DNA of 63,515 nucleotides, counting the filler, from Octopus bimaculoides (lineage: Eukaryota), in NCBI RefSeq assembly GCF_001194135.2. It is 6 parts of 6 records of this genome, joined end to end, with 100 filler letters (N's around TTAATTAATTAA, not from the genome) between each part and the next. Parts side by side here need not be neighbours in the genome. Positions count along the whole stretch, not along the records: positions 25,816 to 50,259 come from NC_068994.1; positions 50,360 to 54,200 come from NC_068987.1; 4 more parts are not named here. One strand, 5' to 3'. Each line of letters opens with the position of its first letter. Positions within the stretch are counted from its first letter, which is position 1. Positions 37,846-50,422 of this stretch are shown here, piece by piece. The notes under the pieces were generated by a model. That model saw only the letters and a list, made by a program, of their open reading frames with translations. It was not told the DNA's origin and did no database searches. The translations under genes and the position numbers were made by a program.

Positions 37846-38429
37846 CATATGATAGTTAATACAACTCGTTTTTTTAGCTTTAATGCATACAATATCACAT
37901 TATAGAAAAGCATTCTACATATATTAATAGATTTTACTCAAATTGTGATTTTGTTTTTCTCAAAAGATAAATAAGATAATACACATGATATTTCATACTG
38001 GTTACATTCTCTATAGCTTCTTTCCTTCCTTTGTCACTGAAAAATAATTGGTTATAACAGCTATGAAAGTTCTTAAGTAAAATTTGTTCAAAATGATGAT
38101 ACCCGTCAATTATATATTATTTGATGTGAACACTTACTGAAGTAATTTTCTGTAAGATTGTTACTGTCTCTCTGACAGAACAGGATAGAGAAAATGCATT
38201 ATCATACTTGTCAAAGCAACCCAAGTTTTAGAATTGAAAATATGCAATTTCCCCTTTAGAAAGCAAAAATATATATAATCTACAACTTTTATAGCTCACT
38301 AAATGAAAGAGAGAAAAATGACTTATGAATCTAAACTAATTTAAAAAATAATTATTAAATTTCAGATGTCAAGTTCAGGCAAATATTGAAATAATATATA
38401 TTTAATCTTATTAAAGCATTTGGAAAAGT

Positions 38430-38575
38430 ACCCTGCAGTATTTCTTCCAACGCTCTACATTGTGAGTTCAAATCCTGCCAAGGTCGTCATTGCTTTTCTT
38501 CCCTTCTGGGTTGATAACATACCAATGAAACACTGGAATTGATTCATCCATTCTCTTCAAATTTGCAGGCTTTGT
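38430..38575 (+). mobile_element. Nin/Deu-like SINE fragment
   Basis: GAGTTCAAATCCTGCCAAGGTCG...CTTCTGGGTTGATAA. Confidence 0.6.
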
Positions 38576-38931
38576 ACTTAAATTAGAAACTTATGAGATA
38601 ATTCCCCTTACTTATTTTGTAATTTAAAGCTCATTTGAATATCAGTTTTTCTCATTTATTACTTAGAAGTATTGTTTTCCCTTTGACTGGTACAACTATT
38701 AAACTTTTCTACTAATTATTCACAATTGATGATTTTCAACCAATGAAATATTTAGTCAGCCCAACATTCCATGTGTACACCATTTGTGATATAATCCCAT
38801 ATAATCACACACGTGCACAAGAGAGTGAAGTTCATATACAATTCCTGATGGATAATTAATTGAAATAGCATGCAATACATACACTTGCGTATTGGGATAT
38901 ATATCTAATTGCCTTGTATAACAACAGGCTT

Positions 38932-39061
38932 TGATCCACCACTTCATCAACTTTACAACCATTGTCACACTACAACAGCTACAATTACAATGGATTTTCT
39001 TACTGCAGCGGATGTTAAGTCTTTGGATTTTACAACAATGGATTTTACAATTATTGTCAAT
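38932..39061 (+). promoter_or_regulatory. Leader-exon paralog of pseudogene C (degenerate)
   Basis: ACTTCATCA..TACAACCATTGTCACAC...ACAATGGA; donor AAT|GTAAGT. Confidence 0.5.
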
Positions 39062-39201
39062 GTAAGTCTAGTTAAAATATCTTATAAAAATGTTTTTATT
39101 GCATTGTTTGGTTTATATAAAGTGTATAGTTACATGCATTTTGTAACATTGTACACAAACTTTTGCATAAATGTACAAAACTAAGAGCTTTGCCAAATGT
39201 A

Positions 39202-40398
39202 CAGGGTGTGCCATAAAGAACTTCCAATTGAGTTTTAGTCATAATTTTTAGGCATAAAAACAGACGGGTTCTTTAAGATTTGATTAAAAATGGTCAGGTA
39301 ACATATTAAGATATGTTTAATTCAGTATGTCCACCTTTGCAATTGCTTGAAGACAACCAAGAACAGAGTTACAGGAATGCCAGGTGATTTCTTCACTTAA
39401 ATGATACCATGACATGACTAAGGCTTTCTTCAGAGTGGTGCTATTTTTGTAGAAATCTCTTGAAATGTTACTTTCTAGAATGGACCAAATAGCAAAGTCC
39501 ATAGCGTGAATGTCTAGGCTGGCATGGGGCCATACATTCTTGTCCCAAAACCTGCTGAAATGGCTCCTGCACCGCTTTTATCCTCCAACATTTTCATGTA
39601 AATTGCCAAATTGACCTTTCTCCCCTCTTTAATGAACACCAGAGGAGATTTTCCACCATCGGATGACCCTACCACCCAAAACAATACTCCAGCAGGTTTC
39701 ATTTGGTGAAACACCTTTCTAGCGCTTTCAGGAACAACATCTGACCTCGTGGCCAAAATCTTGTCATTTTGGGTGTTCACTACAGCCTCAATGGTGAATA
39801 TCTTTTATCCGACCAGATGAAGATATTCTCACCGGTGCTCTGAATCTCTGCCATTTTCTTACACCTGTCCAGTTACTTTGCTCTAGAGGTAACTGAAATT
39901 AAGTATCAACATTGCAATTTTAATGACTTACAATTTAAGTCTTCGTGCACAACCCATTGCATGGTTGTCTGGGAGATATCTCTAGACTTTTAGCTATTGG
40001 CCTCATGCTCTGTTGCGAATTTCCTAACACTCTCTTTTAGACAAGATCCACCAATTGTTTCATCCTTATGGATCGTTTTTGACCAGGAATGGGCTTGCTG
40101 TTGATTGAACCTGTCTCATTATAGTGTTTCATGGCATTATAGACTGTTATGGGATCAACATCAACCCTTGAAACCATGACTTTAGTGCTATGTCCTGTTT
40201 TTTTCAGAGCTACAATCTCACTTTGCTTGTTAACTGTCATTTTGAAACATTTTACTTGCTAAATGTAAACAAATAGTGGAGTGTACATGAACAACTGAAT
40301 GTTGGGGAGTGCATTTTAATCATTTTTGTGCAATTTCAAACTGAATTTAATAAAATAAACTTATTTAAATAATCGGGAATTCTTTACAGTGCACCCTG
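39202..40398 (-). mobile_element. Full-length but decayed maT/DD37D (Tc1/mariner superfamily) transposon
   Basis: TA flanks; TIRs CAGGGTGTGCCATAAAGAAC / CAGGGTGCACTGTAAAGAAT (21/28 match); transposase fragments: HTH region, NTQNDKIL, MDFAIWSILE. Confidence 0.88.
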
Positions 40399-40489
40399 TA
40401 TATACTTTTACTTATTGAATGTTTATACTCATTGTTAACCTTCACCTTACTGATAGCATCCCTGTACATGGCTTGTACAACTTTAACCA

Positions 40490-41980
40490 ACCACTCATCT
40501 ATTCCTAGCTTCCACATTGACCATCAGATAAGGTGGTGAGAGACTCTGTCAAAGGCTGTCTCCATGTCGACAAAAGCCAGGTACAGAGGATTATTTTTGG
40601 CTAAATATTTCTCCTGTAGTTGCCTACCCAGGAATATAGTTGTGCTCTTGCCTGGCACAAATCCAAACTACATCACATTTACACTAACCCTCTTCCTAAT
40701 TAATTGAGCTATGACCTTTTCTGTGACTTTCATCACCTGATCCAACAATGTGATGCTTCTGTAATTATTTGTGCCTAAGGCATCACCTTTGCCTTTGTAG
40801 CAGTTGACTATAATGCTGATACAATAAGCGTTGCACATGACTCCCTCGTGGATAACCTGATTAACTATACAGGTGACTAGGCTGTATCCTACTCTGCTAG
40901 ATATTTCAATCATCTCAGCAGTGATTCCTGATGGGCCAGGGGCTTTCACTGTTTTCATATCCTTAATTGCTTTATCTACCAAGCTATTGTTGATTTGGAT
41001 AGCTGGTCCCCCAGTTGGGTCAACATTTGGCAGACTCTCCTTTTCCCGTTCATTTTCCATGTTTAGCAGCCTTTCATAATAGTATTTCCAAGTCTCTTTC
41101 TTTGCAGAATCATTAAATGCAAATGCACCATCATCTATGCAAATACATTTCTCTCCTACCACATTACGATTTTCTCTCACATACTTCAAGTCTCTGGTTC
41201 TCACTTCGCAGAAGATGGGCTAATTTCTTTTCTACTTTTCCCTTGGCTAGATATACCAGTCTCCTAGCTTCCCTTCTGGCTATCTTATACAATTTTCTGC
41301 TACCTCCACACTACTACTCCTTCCAGGCCTGTTTCTTTGCTCTGGAGGCTTTGTCTACAATATTATTTCTCCACCACATCACCCTAGGTCTGGTTGGGAC
41401 TTTGCACCAGCTACAGATTTGGTCTTTGGCACTCAGCAAGCTGTCCCACAGGATTTCCCAGTTACCCCCTATGGTACAAGTCTGTAGTTCCTCCTCCCTC
41501 TCATCAAATTTCTAAATTAGAGTCTCCCTAAATCTCTGACCATATAAAGGATCCTTAAGCTTCCAAATCCTTCTTTTCTAGATTGGTCTGCTTCTTGGTA
41601 TCCTTCTGGCTTGAAGATTAAAGTCACTAATGACTTTTTCATGCTGGTGGGTACATTCTTCACCAGGGAAGGTCTTTGCATTTATGAGCAACCATGTATC
41701 TCGCTGTCTGGTGAGAATGTAATCAATCTGGCTAGTATGGTCACTCAGTTAATAGGTTGTCAAGTGGCTGGCAGGCTTCCTGTAGTTGGTGTTGCAGATC
41801 AATAAGTTATTTGCATCACAGAGCCTTGTTCTCTCTTCATTTTGGGAACCAATTCCATGGCCCCCATGTACACCATGGAAGATACCTGGCTGCCGCCCAA
41901 TATGCCCATTGAAATCCCCAGCCATGAAGATGAGATCATTGTCATTCATCTTTGAGGTAGCTTGCAGAAGAATACCATAA
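40490..41980 (-). mobile_element. RTE LINE endonuclease/RT fragment
   Basis: IFMAGDFNGHIG, NTNYRKPASHLTTY, YKGKGDALGTNNYRSITLLDQVMKV, FVDMETAFDRV. Confidence 0.9.
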
Positions 41981-42139
41981 AAGTAGTCCTTTTGTTCATT
42001 TGGTAGATCTGCTTGGTGGTGGGGTGGGGCTAGGCAAACACCAGTGTTACATACAGTGAGTCATGGGCACAGAGTGCAGAGATGAGAGAAGAATGAAGTG
42101 CATATGCTCCATTAGTCATGCAATGTCAGTGTGTGTGTG

Positions 42140-42440
42140 TGTGTGACAAAGTGCTAATGTATTGTGAGAAAAATTAGGTATAAAAGGATTTAGGATGTAG
42201 TGTGCAAAAGAGAAAAGTATAGTGATTTAGTCGTGGGATGCATATAAATGAGGTCTGCTGGTTAAAAAAGTGCTGGTCACTTATAATGGATGGAACTTGT
42301 GGAAGAAGAAGATTCAGGAAGACATGAGGCAAAGCAACAAAGGCTGATCTCAAGATGCTAAGCCTTACAGAGGAGGTGACTAAGAACTGAGATGATTGAC
42401 AACTCACTGTGCTTAAGAGGACCCGTCCTAAAACTGCCTT
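42140..42440 (+). mobile_element. RTE LINE RT C-terminal fragment
   Basis: VKKCWSLIMDGTCGRRRFRKT*...DLKMLSLTEEVTKN (cf. GRGRPRKTW). Confidence 0.65.
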
Positions 42441-43204
42441 GATTATGTTTCTGCAAATGGGGACCAGCCCCTCTTTTGTCTCTTCCACATCATGTATTCC
42501 CAACACCTCATCCCCTAATATCTATCTACTCAGCAACTGTAATCACCTGAGAGTAGAATCAACATATATTACATTCTCTCTCCTCTTTCTTTGTGTTTTC
42601 AGTGACCTTCCTCTTCTCCTTAACCCCTGAAACCATTTTCATTTCTCGTTATTATCCCCCACCCCACTATTTCCGTCAGTCACCTTCTTTCTTTACCTTT
42701 ATTCATTGCTAAAGGTACAGCCTTTGCCACATTCCATCTTTAACATCTCTTATATCTGCTCTCATTCATAATGCATTCTCAAATCTAGCATTGCCAGCTT
42801 ACTACAGACCTCTTATGTATCTCTATATCTCCTTCCCAACTGCTCCTACACTTTGCTCATCATTCCATTATTTTCTGATCTCTTCTCCTTCCAATATCTG
42901 TATCTCTCACTTTATCCCTCTCCATTACTGGTGTTTCCCATCAACCCACTAACACCCTTCTTCATCATTCACTATATTTACCTGCATCTCTAGCCATCTG
43001 TTACTCTTGCCCACTCTTATGAAACTTTCACCAGGGCCAGTTCCTCTTTCACACTTTAATCTCTCTACACATGGCATAAAACCACTGCCCCTTCCCCACT
43101 CTTGAATATTCTCCTCTCTCCATTTAATTAAGGAGGCTTTTCCATGTTCTCCTATTCTTTTCTTGTTTTGCAAGTTATTGGGTGACCTCACAAGTTATAT
43201 CAAA

Positions 43205-43350
43205 TAAGCACCCTGTACACTTTCTAAAGTGGTTGGTATTAAGAAGGGCATCTAGCTGTAGAAACCTTATTAAGACTAACACTAGAGCTCATTTGTGGCT
43301 CTGCATCTCATCCAATCCTGTCGAACTGTCCAACCCATCCCAACAGAAAA
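43205..43350 (+). mobile_element. RTE-tail short repeat
   Basis: GTGGTTGGTATTAAGAAGGGCATCTAGCTGTAGAAAC...GTCCAACCCAT. Confidence 0.7.
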
Positions 43351-43539
43351 ATGAACTTTAAATTATGATATTTTCTGTTGGTAAATTTCGTAAGCAACAG
43401 TAGTGGGCTGTAGGAGATAAAGGGGGATGTTTCATAAGAGTGTAAGGGGAGATGGTTAGAGATGGAGTAAAGAGGACGGTAGCAAGTTGTGGTGAGAAAT
43501 GTAGGAGTGACTCAGAGTGTTATGGTAGGTTAAAGCAAA

Positions 43540-44561
43540 ATTCTTTAATGAATATCATTATGGTTCTTATTGAACAAATAACTTTCAGGGATTGATATGG
43601 TGAAGGAATAAATCTTCCATTCCAGTATATACAGATGTAGGACTGAGGAAGTCTTTAAATGAATCTCATTTAGCATGATCAGATATAATCTGTTGCGGAG
43701 TGGAAATTAGAGAAAGTCCTTGAAAATAGTTAAAGTAAAATTTCTACTGAAGTTAGAACATCTGTACCAAAATAAAATGTGTTAAACATGAAAATTAGAA
43801 TTGAAGGCATGAATGACAATTAGCCTCCCTTACACAAAATATTTATAGTGCATCACTGGAAGGAACAGACCACAAGATGAAACCATTTATTACATTGATA
43901 GCATCTGGCTCAGATGCATGAGAAAACAGCAAAATAACATTATATTGCAAATCCTAAAACATCATATATAAAACCAAAATACTTTAAATTAAATGAAAAA
44001 AATTGAGTATTCATAAACAGATATCAATGTGTGGCTGAAAATGAAATGTGAATTATATGTGAAGCCAGAGTTGAAAGCAATACTCTCTTTGTAGGCATTG
44101 TTCTAGTTCATATAATGAATGAAGAAAACAGTCCTCTAACTATTGATATAGACTTTGTTCCTAATCCAAATAATGACATAACTACTATTTCTGAAGATAT
44201 CAAAGTCGGTAGTTTCATTGCTTATGTGATGGTCACTGACAATGATGTGGGACAAAATGGAGAGGTCAGCTGTGATATCAAACATGACACATTCAAACTA
44301 CAGTCAATGAGATCAAAAAATATAAAATAGTTCTTTAAAAAAGCAGTGGAAATGATAAACAGTTGTTTAGTATGAACTCTCACAGTGGTGTTTTATCATT
44401 CTCCAGACAAGTTTATCTAAATGATGCTGGAAGTTATGAGCTGGTGTTTGTTGTGAAAGACAGTGGTAGTCCAGTTCAGTCGTCAACAACTAGTGTCACT
44501 TTGGTATTGGCTGTTAGTAACGAGACATCACCAATGTCGAAGAGTGGACCTTTACAATCTT
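43540..44561 (+). pseudogene. PCDH: Protocadherin C pseudogene, remnants of the large exon (EC2-EC4 fused to the EC6 end)
   Basis: Frameshifted NVLNMKIRIEGMNDN*, KPFITLIASGSDA*ENSKIT; then TISEDIKVGSFIAYVMVTDNDVGQNG and VKDSGSPVQSSTTSVTLVLAVSNETSPMSKSGPLQS nearly identical to gene B; EC1, EC5 and TM missing. Start is approximate. Confidence 0.9.
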
Positions 44562-44758
44562 TTACAATTATTGTTTTATTTTTTAAATTTATTAAACACT
44601 ATTTATAGACATGTATAACAATTCATTGGTATTGTATAATTGAAATTTATATTTATTTTAGCTGTAATCCTTAATTAGCAAATCTAATTTAATAATGACA
44701 ATTTATTATCTTGATTTAAGTTATGTTCTAAGTTCTATCATATTTTTTTTTCGATTAG

Positions 44759-44905
44759 AAATATTCAACCAGTTGGTCACATCTAAAATGGTAGTTTGGA
44801 AGACTGCTCAACTCTGTGAAATTTCTGACCCAACAACAGTATCAATTCAAGAATGTAGTGAAATAGGGAGAGATACAAAACATGAAGAAATACCTGGAGT
44901 ATCAG
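44759..44905 (+). pseudogene. PCDH: Pcdh C penultimate exon remnant
   Basis: gattag|AAATAT...KHEEIPGVS G|gtaaaa; 147 nt breaks the phase 0 to 1 pattern. Confidence 0.8.
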
Positions 44906-45251
44906 GTAAAATTAAATTTCTTTAATGAAGATTTAAGGAATACTAAATATAGCTTCATGCTATTAATTTTGCTTATCTACTTGTATTTCTCTTATTGATT
45001 ATTCTTTGAAACTTTTCAAAAATATTTGTATTTCTTAATTTTAAGTATGGATATGGAGTGGCAGTAAGGAGAACAAAAGTCAATCATCTGATTCTTCTTT
45101 TTCTTGAATAATTTACATTTTAACCAATGTTCTTTGTTTTAGACAGTTTAAAGATTTTACAGCACAATCATTGGGATAGATAGCTAACTGTTTTAGAAAT
45201 GTTTTTCTCTAAATTTCTATGTATTAAATCACTTTATACTCTCTGTTTTAG

Positions 45252-45334
45252 GAGATAATACATACCAAAAACAATGCAGAAAATACATTACAAAAGCACC
45301 TTCTCCAAAAAAAAATTATCTGAAACATATAAAC
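45252..45334 (+). pseudogene. PCDH: Pcdh C terminal exon remnant
   Basis: ttttag|GA GAT AAT ACA TAC...YLKHI parallels GNDTY...YPKHV*; stop displaced. Confidence 0.65.
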
Positions 45335-46703
45335 TTATCTAACACTAACCAATATTTTCCCTCACTCCTGAATTTTTCTTTCAATCTTTCAACATCAAAT
45401 ATAACCTTAGCAAAAGGAAATAATAACTAACTATCTATTGTTATCATTTACATTTATTGCTGTCATATCTCAGCAGTGTATTTAAAATGTGACTTTTACA
45501 TCGAACTACAGACTGCAAATGTTTAATCCTTCAGTTCCTATCCAAGCTGTTTAGAAAGAGTTTTAGCTAAGTATATGGATCCATCCTTATTTGCTCAACG
45601 ATATACTTATTTTTTGTATTATCTTAATAAGTTTCCAAATTATCAATAAAATCTGAAATATGTTAAGCATATCTTCTCTTTAAAAATAATAATATATTTC
45701 AAGAGAACATTTTTCTACAAAATATTGTAATTATGAAGAAGTGAATTTGTTACTTCTTTTCAAATAAACACTTCTATGAAGTTACATAGACCCTTATTTA
45801 AAGGTAGACTTATCCAAATTGAGTAAGATATCTAGTGAAAGGAACACATAAAAAGAAAAATAGACTTTATTTTTGTAAAATTTCATGAGTGAATATTTAC
45901 ATATTCATTATTTTCATTAATGGAATTGCCTGAAATAATGCAAGTTTTTTTTTTTTTTTGGCTATTTTGGAATGTTGTAATAGTTAAAGTTTTAACTATT
46001 TCATAACAAGCATTTATAAATTGAAGTTCAATGATTTTTTAATATTTAATTTCTTTTTCTAGAAAATTTGTTCTGATCATTGTTCAATTTAAGAATTTAA
46101 TGTTTTACCAAATAATAAGGAAATAACAGAATTATTAAATTAAAGGTTGTGCATATTTTTATGATGATGTAGATCAGCCATCGAAAACAGACATTAATCA
46201 AATCAAACTTTACATATCACTCCTTCGTTGTTTACAAGATGAAGCATGTTAATTTGACTGAAATCAGAATTTCTCTCCCTTTTTTGCGTAGCTTTAAAAA
46301 AAAATAAAAATAAACATTGATTTACCAAAAAATTTTAAAGAATTTTGTCAATTTAAAAATATTCATTAAGATTATAAATCCTGCTTTTACTTTTTTTCCC
46401 CTAATTTGTAAATAAATTTCAGTTTAAATTAATCTAATTAATATACTGATGCGGTATTTTACCTGATATTCACTAAAGCTATCAAGCCAATTAGTCGTAC
46501 TCAGCAGATGTATCAATTTTTTTGTTTGTTTTTGTTTGAAATCTGAAATAAATATTCAGCAGATGAGTGAAACTAACAATATATCCCGATGATGGGAAAA
46601 CTCATTCAAGCATATCCATCTCAAATCTCTAAATGCATGCTTACATTTGCTCACGTACACATATTGACAATAGAGGCACTGGCATAAACGTAAGTGTTCC
46701 TAC

Positions 46704-46866
46704 TGACTCACAGTTCCACTCCATCAATATACAGCCATTGTCAAACACACACACACACATGCACACACACACACACACACACAGCTGCAGCTTCAATGGA
46801 CCTTTTCTGCTCTAACAAAATTGATGACTCTTGTTACACTGAGTAATAATGGAATTAAAGATTAAG
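46704..46866 (+). promoter_or_regulatory. Putative promoter/non-coding leader exon of Pcdh D
   Basis: TGACTCA-N7-ACTCCATCA..TACAGCCATTGTCA..(CA)n..CAATGGA; donor AAG|GTAAGA; gene D acceptor (gttgcag|49343) lies 54 nt before its ATG. Confidence 0.6.
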
Positions 46867-48082
46867 GTAAGATTAAAATTTATTTTTGTTTGTTGTGTTT
46901 GTTATTTCTTTGTTGTTGTTTTAACATATTCTATTGAAATAGATCTCTTTATATAATGAAAGCTGAAAGGGAAACAGTGATCAGTAGACATATTTTTCTT
47001 CTTTAGACACATTGTTAACTGGTTGGTAGTAGTGAAACCAGAAATGTTGTTTGAGATTTAGCATTGAAAATTTCCACAACCACCCAAACTAATCCTTCTT
47101 ATAGATGAAAAACAAATAATGCTATTAAATTTCTACAGATGTTTATTATATCTACTAAATTATGTCAGTTTGGTATAAAAATTAGTTCATTCATATTGAA
47201 TATGGTATAGAATTAATGGAAGAATTATGTATAATTGGAATTGATAAATGCTGAAACTGTATGCTAAATAAGGACAAATGGAGCTGAAGCTTTGAGCTTC
47301 TAAGGAGACTTAACAACAGTCACAAGAGAAATCTATCAGCTCATTATAAGTGTTTGTTAAATCTAGTAAAGAATGACAGAATCTTAAGCAATCTTCATCA
47401 TCATCATCATCATCATATGATTAATTTAAAAAGAATTTCCTTGATTTGGCAAACAACGTTTAATATAATTCTGAACATTTAATGTGTGTATGTGTGTCTC
47501 ACTGTTACTAAAACAAAACACAAAAACATAAAAGGGTTAATAATAATCATGATATATAAATTAACCAGATTATTGAGTATTTATTTAGTGAAATTAAAAA
47601 TGAATATAAAATTAGTAATACCTCATGATAATCTTTCTGTTCCAATTTAATTAGGTATATTAGTTTGGATATCCATTTAAATTACTGCTGCTTTTTCTAG
47701 TAATATTTTCAGTATAGAATTATGTTACTTATTGTTTTCACTACAATCTTTCCCCTTAGATATTTCTTACTGTCTCACCTTAAATCTTTCTTATAACTCA
47801 GTCAATTTTTATGAATTTCTTTGATTATTATTTTCTTTTCCTGTTAATTTTATTTTAATTAAATGATACATAACAACCAAATCTTCCTCAAACCATATCC
47901 TCCCATCTTAAAAATAAGAACAAGAAAATGTTATCCTTAGTCTGCTAAAGAATACCATTTTCCTTTTTTTTTTTCAAGTTTGGGATTTGACCCATCTACC
48001 ATGACTGCAGAGAAAACCTTTGTGGTCAAGAAAATAAATTATTATTATTATTATTATTATTATCATTATTATTAGTAGTAGT

Positions 48083-48205
48083 AAGGTGATGAGCTGGCAG
48101 AATTGTTAGCACACCATGGAGAACAATGCTTAGCAGCATTTCATCCGTCTTTCATCCTTCCTGAGTTGATAAGATAAGTACCAGTAGAGCACTGGGGTTC
48201 ATATA
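48083..48205 (+). mobile_element. Nin/Deu-like SINE (internally deleted)
   Basis: GAGCTGGCAGAATTGTTAGCAC...CTTTCATCCTTCCTGAGTTGATAAGATAAGTACCAG. Confidence 0.7.
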
Positions 48206-48344
48206 TGGATTCTAATGGCGCAGAGGCCCACCACTGGAAGCATATAATTCTTTTATCGTTCAGTTTCTTATAGGACCCCAGTCTCAGAACTAAGATTACA
48301 AAGCTAAATAATACATTTAGGAGAAGGTTGAAATACTGAGTTAA

Positions 48345-48565
48345 CCCTTTCGTTACTGTATTTATTTTCAGATGCTCTGTGTTTCTTTCAATTACTTTAA
48401 ATATAACAAAGAATTTACTAAAATAACTTAGTTATCATTAAGCTAGTGTTAAGAACTTAAATTGTAACTAAGGTTTGGTGGAAGATTTTAATTCAAAACT
48501 TATGGAAACAAGACATTTGTACTACAGAGCCAGAACTGGTTTCAGCCGGGTTGGTAACGAAAGGG
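48345..48565. mobile_element. piggyBac-type MITE
   Basis: TTAA on both sides (48341-44, 48566-69) and a perfect 12-bp TIR CCCTTTCGTTAC; related degenerate copy near 9215-9430. Confidence 0.85.
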
Positions 48566-49396
48566 TTAATCTCAGAATGAGTATGTAAAGGGATGTAACT
48601 AAATACCACAAAGTGTGTGTGTGTACGTGTCCTGCACACTTATAATGTTGCCTTTGACTACCAACCCTTAATCCTTCATAATAATGATTTCTTATATTTG
48701 CACAAGACCTCAGATTTGCGGAGTAGGTACAGCTGATTTATTTTATTATCCATGGAAAGATGAAAGACATAGTAGACTTTGAAATCAAGGCATAAAAGGA
48801 ATTTTAACTAAATAGACTCTTTATCAACTCTAACAATCCACTTTGATAATGATGCAAGAGCATGTTTTATATTTATGTATGGGAGGAAGATTCAGTCTCC
48901 AAAATATTTTCCTGTTTTCTCTTGGTTTGACATTTTTTTTTTATCAGTGCATCATTGTTGTTTTGCTTTAAGCTGCTCTACTGGTTAATAATAGAAGAAA
49001 CCATGATTGAGGCATTTATTACATTAAGATGAGATCACAGTCAAGCCAACACTATATTTACTGAAGCATTACAACTTATTGTTTAATTCCTAATAAATGT
49101 AAGCATTGTATATCTATTGTGAAAATTATGACATGTACACACACACACAGAGTTTCCAATTTACAATATATTTCTCTATTCATGTTTTATCAGAATGTAT
49201 TATCAAAAACTAAAGAATTGTATAAATCTTAAGAAGGTGATTCCTCATTTATTATGATGTAATACCATCATAAATAAGAAATCACCTCCTTCATAACACT
49301 TTCAAGTTAATGTTTTGACAGATGTTCTTTCTATTGTTGCAGGTTAGATTCTAAGTACTCAGATGATCGTAAAGTGTTTCAAAACCAAAGAGAATT

Positions 49397-50259
49397 ATGT
49401 GGTTCCCACCATGGATCATCTTCTCACTGTTTCATACATGTCTTAGTATAGACCTCACTTATCATATAGAGGAAGAGAGAAGTCCAGGAACATATGTAGC
49501 AGACATTGCTGCTGATTCTAAACTGTTAGACAATATCAAATCAGCTGAACAGCAAATGGTAACATTCAGTCAACTCAAAAGAAAAGTAACACAATATTTC
49601 AATGTGACCAAAACAGGAAAACTTTACACTTCTCAGAAACTTGATGCTGAATCACTTTGTACATACAACAAAGAATGTTCTAGGATTATTAAAATTGTTG
49701 TTCGGAAAACAAAGTCATTTACAAAAATATTGAAAATCAAAATTGTAATAAAAGATATAAATGATCATGCACCAGAATTTCCTGAAAAACAAATAATTTT
49801 ACAGTTTGGGGAAGGAGATCGAGAAGGTATGAAAAAGTCAGTTCCAAATGCCATAGACAAGGATATCAGTTACCAAAATTCTTTCATTGAATATAAACTT
49901 AAAAAGTCTGATGATTCATTTTCCCTGTCAGTTTCTAAAAGAGCTGATGGTATTTCATCATTAAAGATTGTTTTAAAAGATAAATTAGACCGAGAGATAA
50001 AAGATAAATATAATTTAGAAGTTATTGCTAAAGATGGAGGTTCTCCATCTAAACAGAGTGTGTTAAATGTTGTGATTGTTGTTGAAGATGAGAATGATAA
50101 TCCACCTGTATTTTCAAAACCACTCTATAATATTTCCATCAGAACCACACACGACAAGACAAAACCTATTCTTACTTTGTCAGTAACCGACAAAGATATT
50201 GGATCCAACAGTAAAATTACTTTCCATTTCAGCCCCAAAACTTCCAGCCAAGCAAAGGG
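49397..50259 (+). CDS. PCDH: Protocadherin D, 5' part of the large exon (signal peptide, EC1, EC2, start of EC3), cut by scaffold end
   Basis: Open frame with DLTYHIEEERSPGTYVADIAADS, KDINDHAPEF, LDRE, EDENDNPPVF; collinear with gene B. Confidence 0.93.
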
Positions 50260-50359
50260 NNNNNNNNNNNNNNNNNNNNNNNNNNNNNNNNNNNNNNNNN
50301 NNNTTAATTAATTAANNNNNNNNNNNNNNNNNNNNNNNNNNNNNNNNNNNNNNNNNNNN
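50260..50359. other. Artificial scaffold spacer
   Basis: N44-TTAATTAATTAA-N44. Confidence 0.95.
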
Positions 50360-50422
<63 letters not shown>

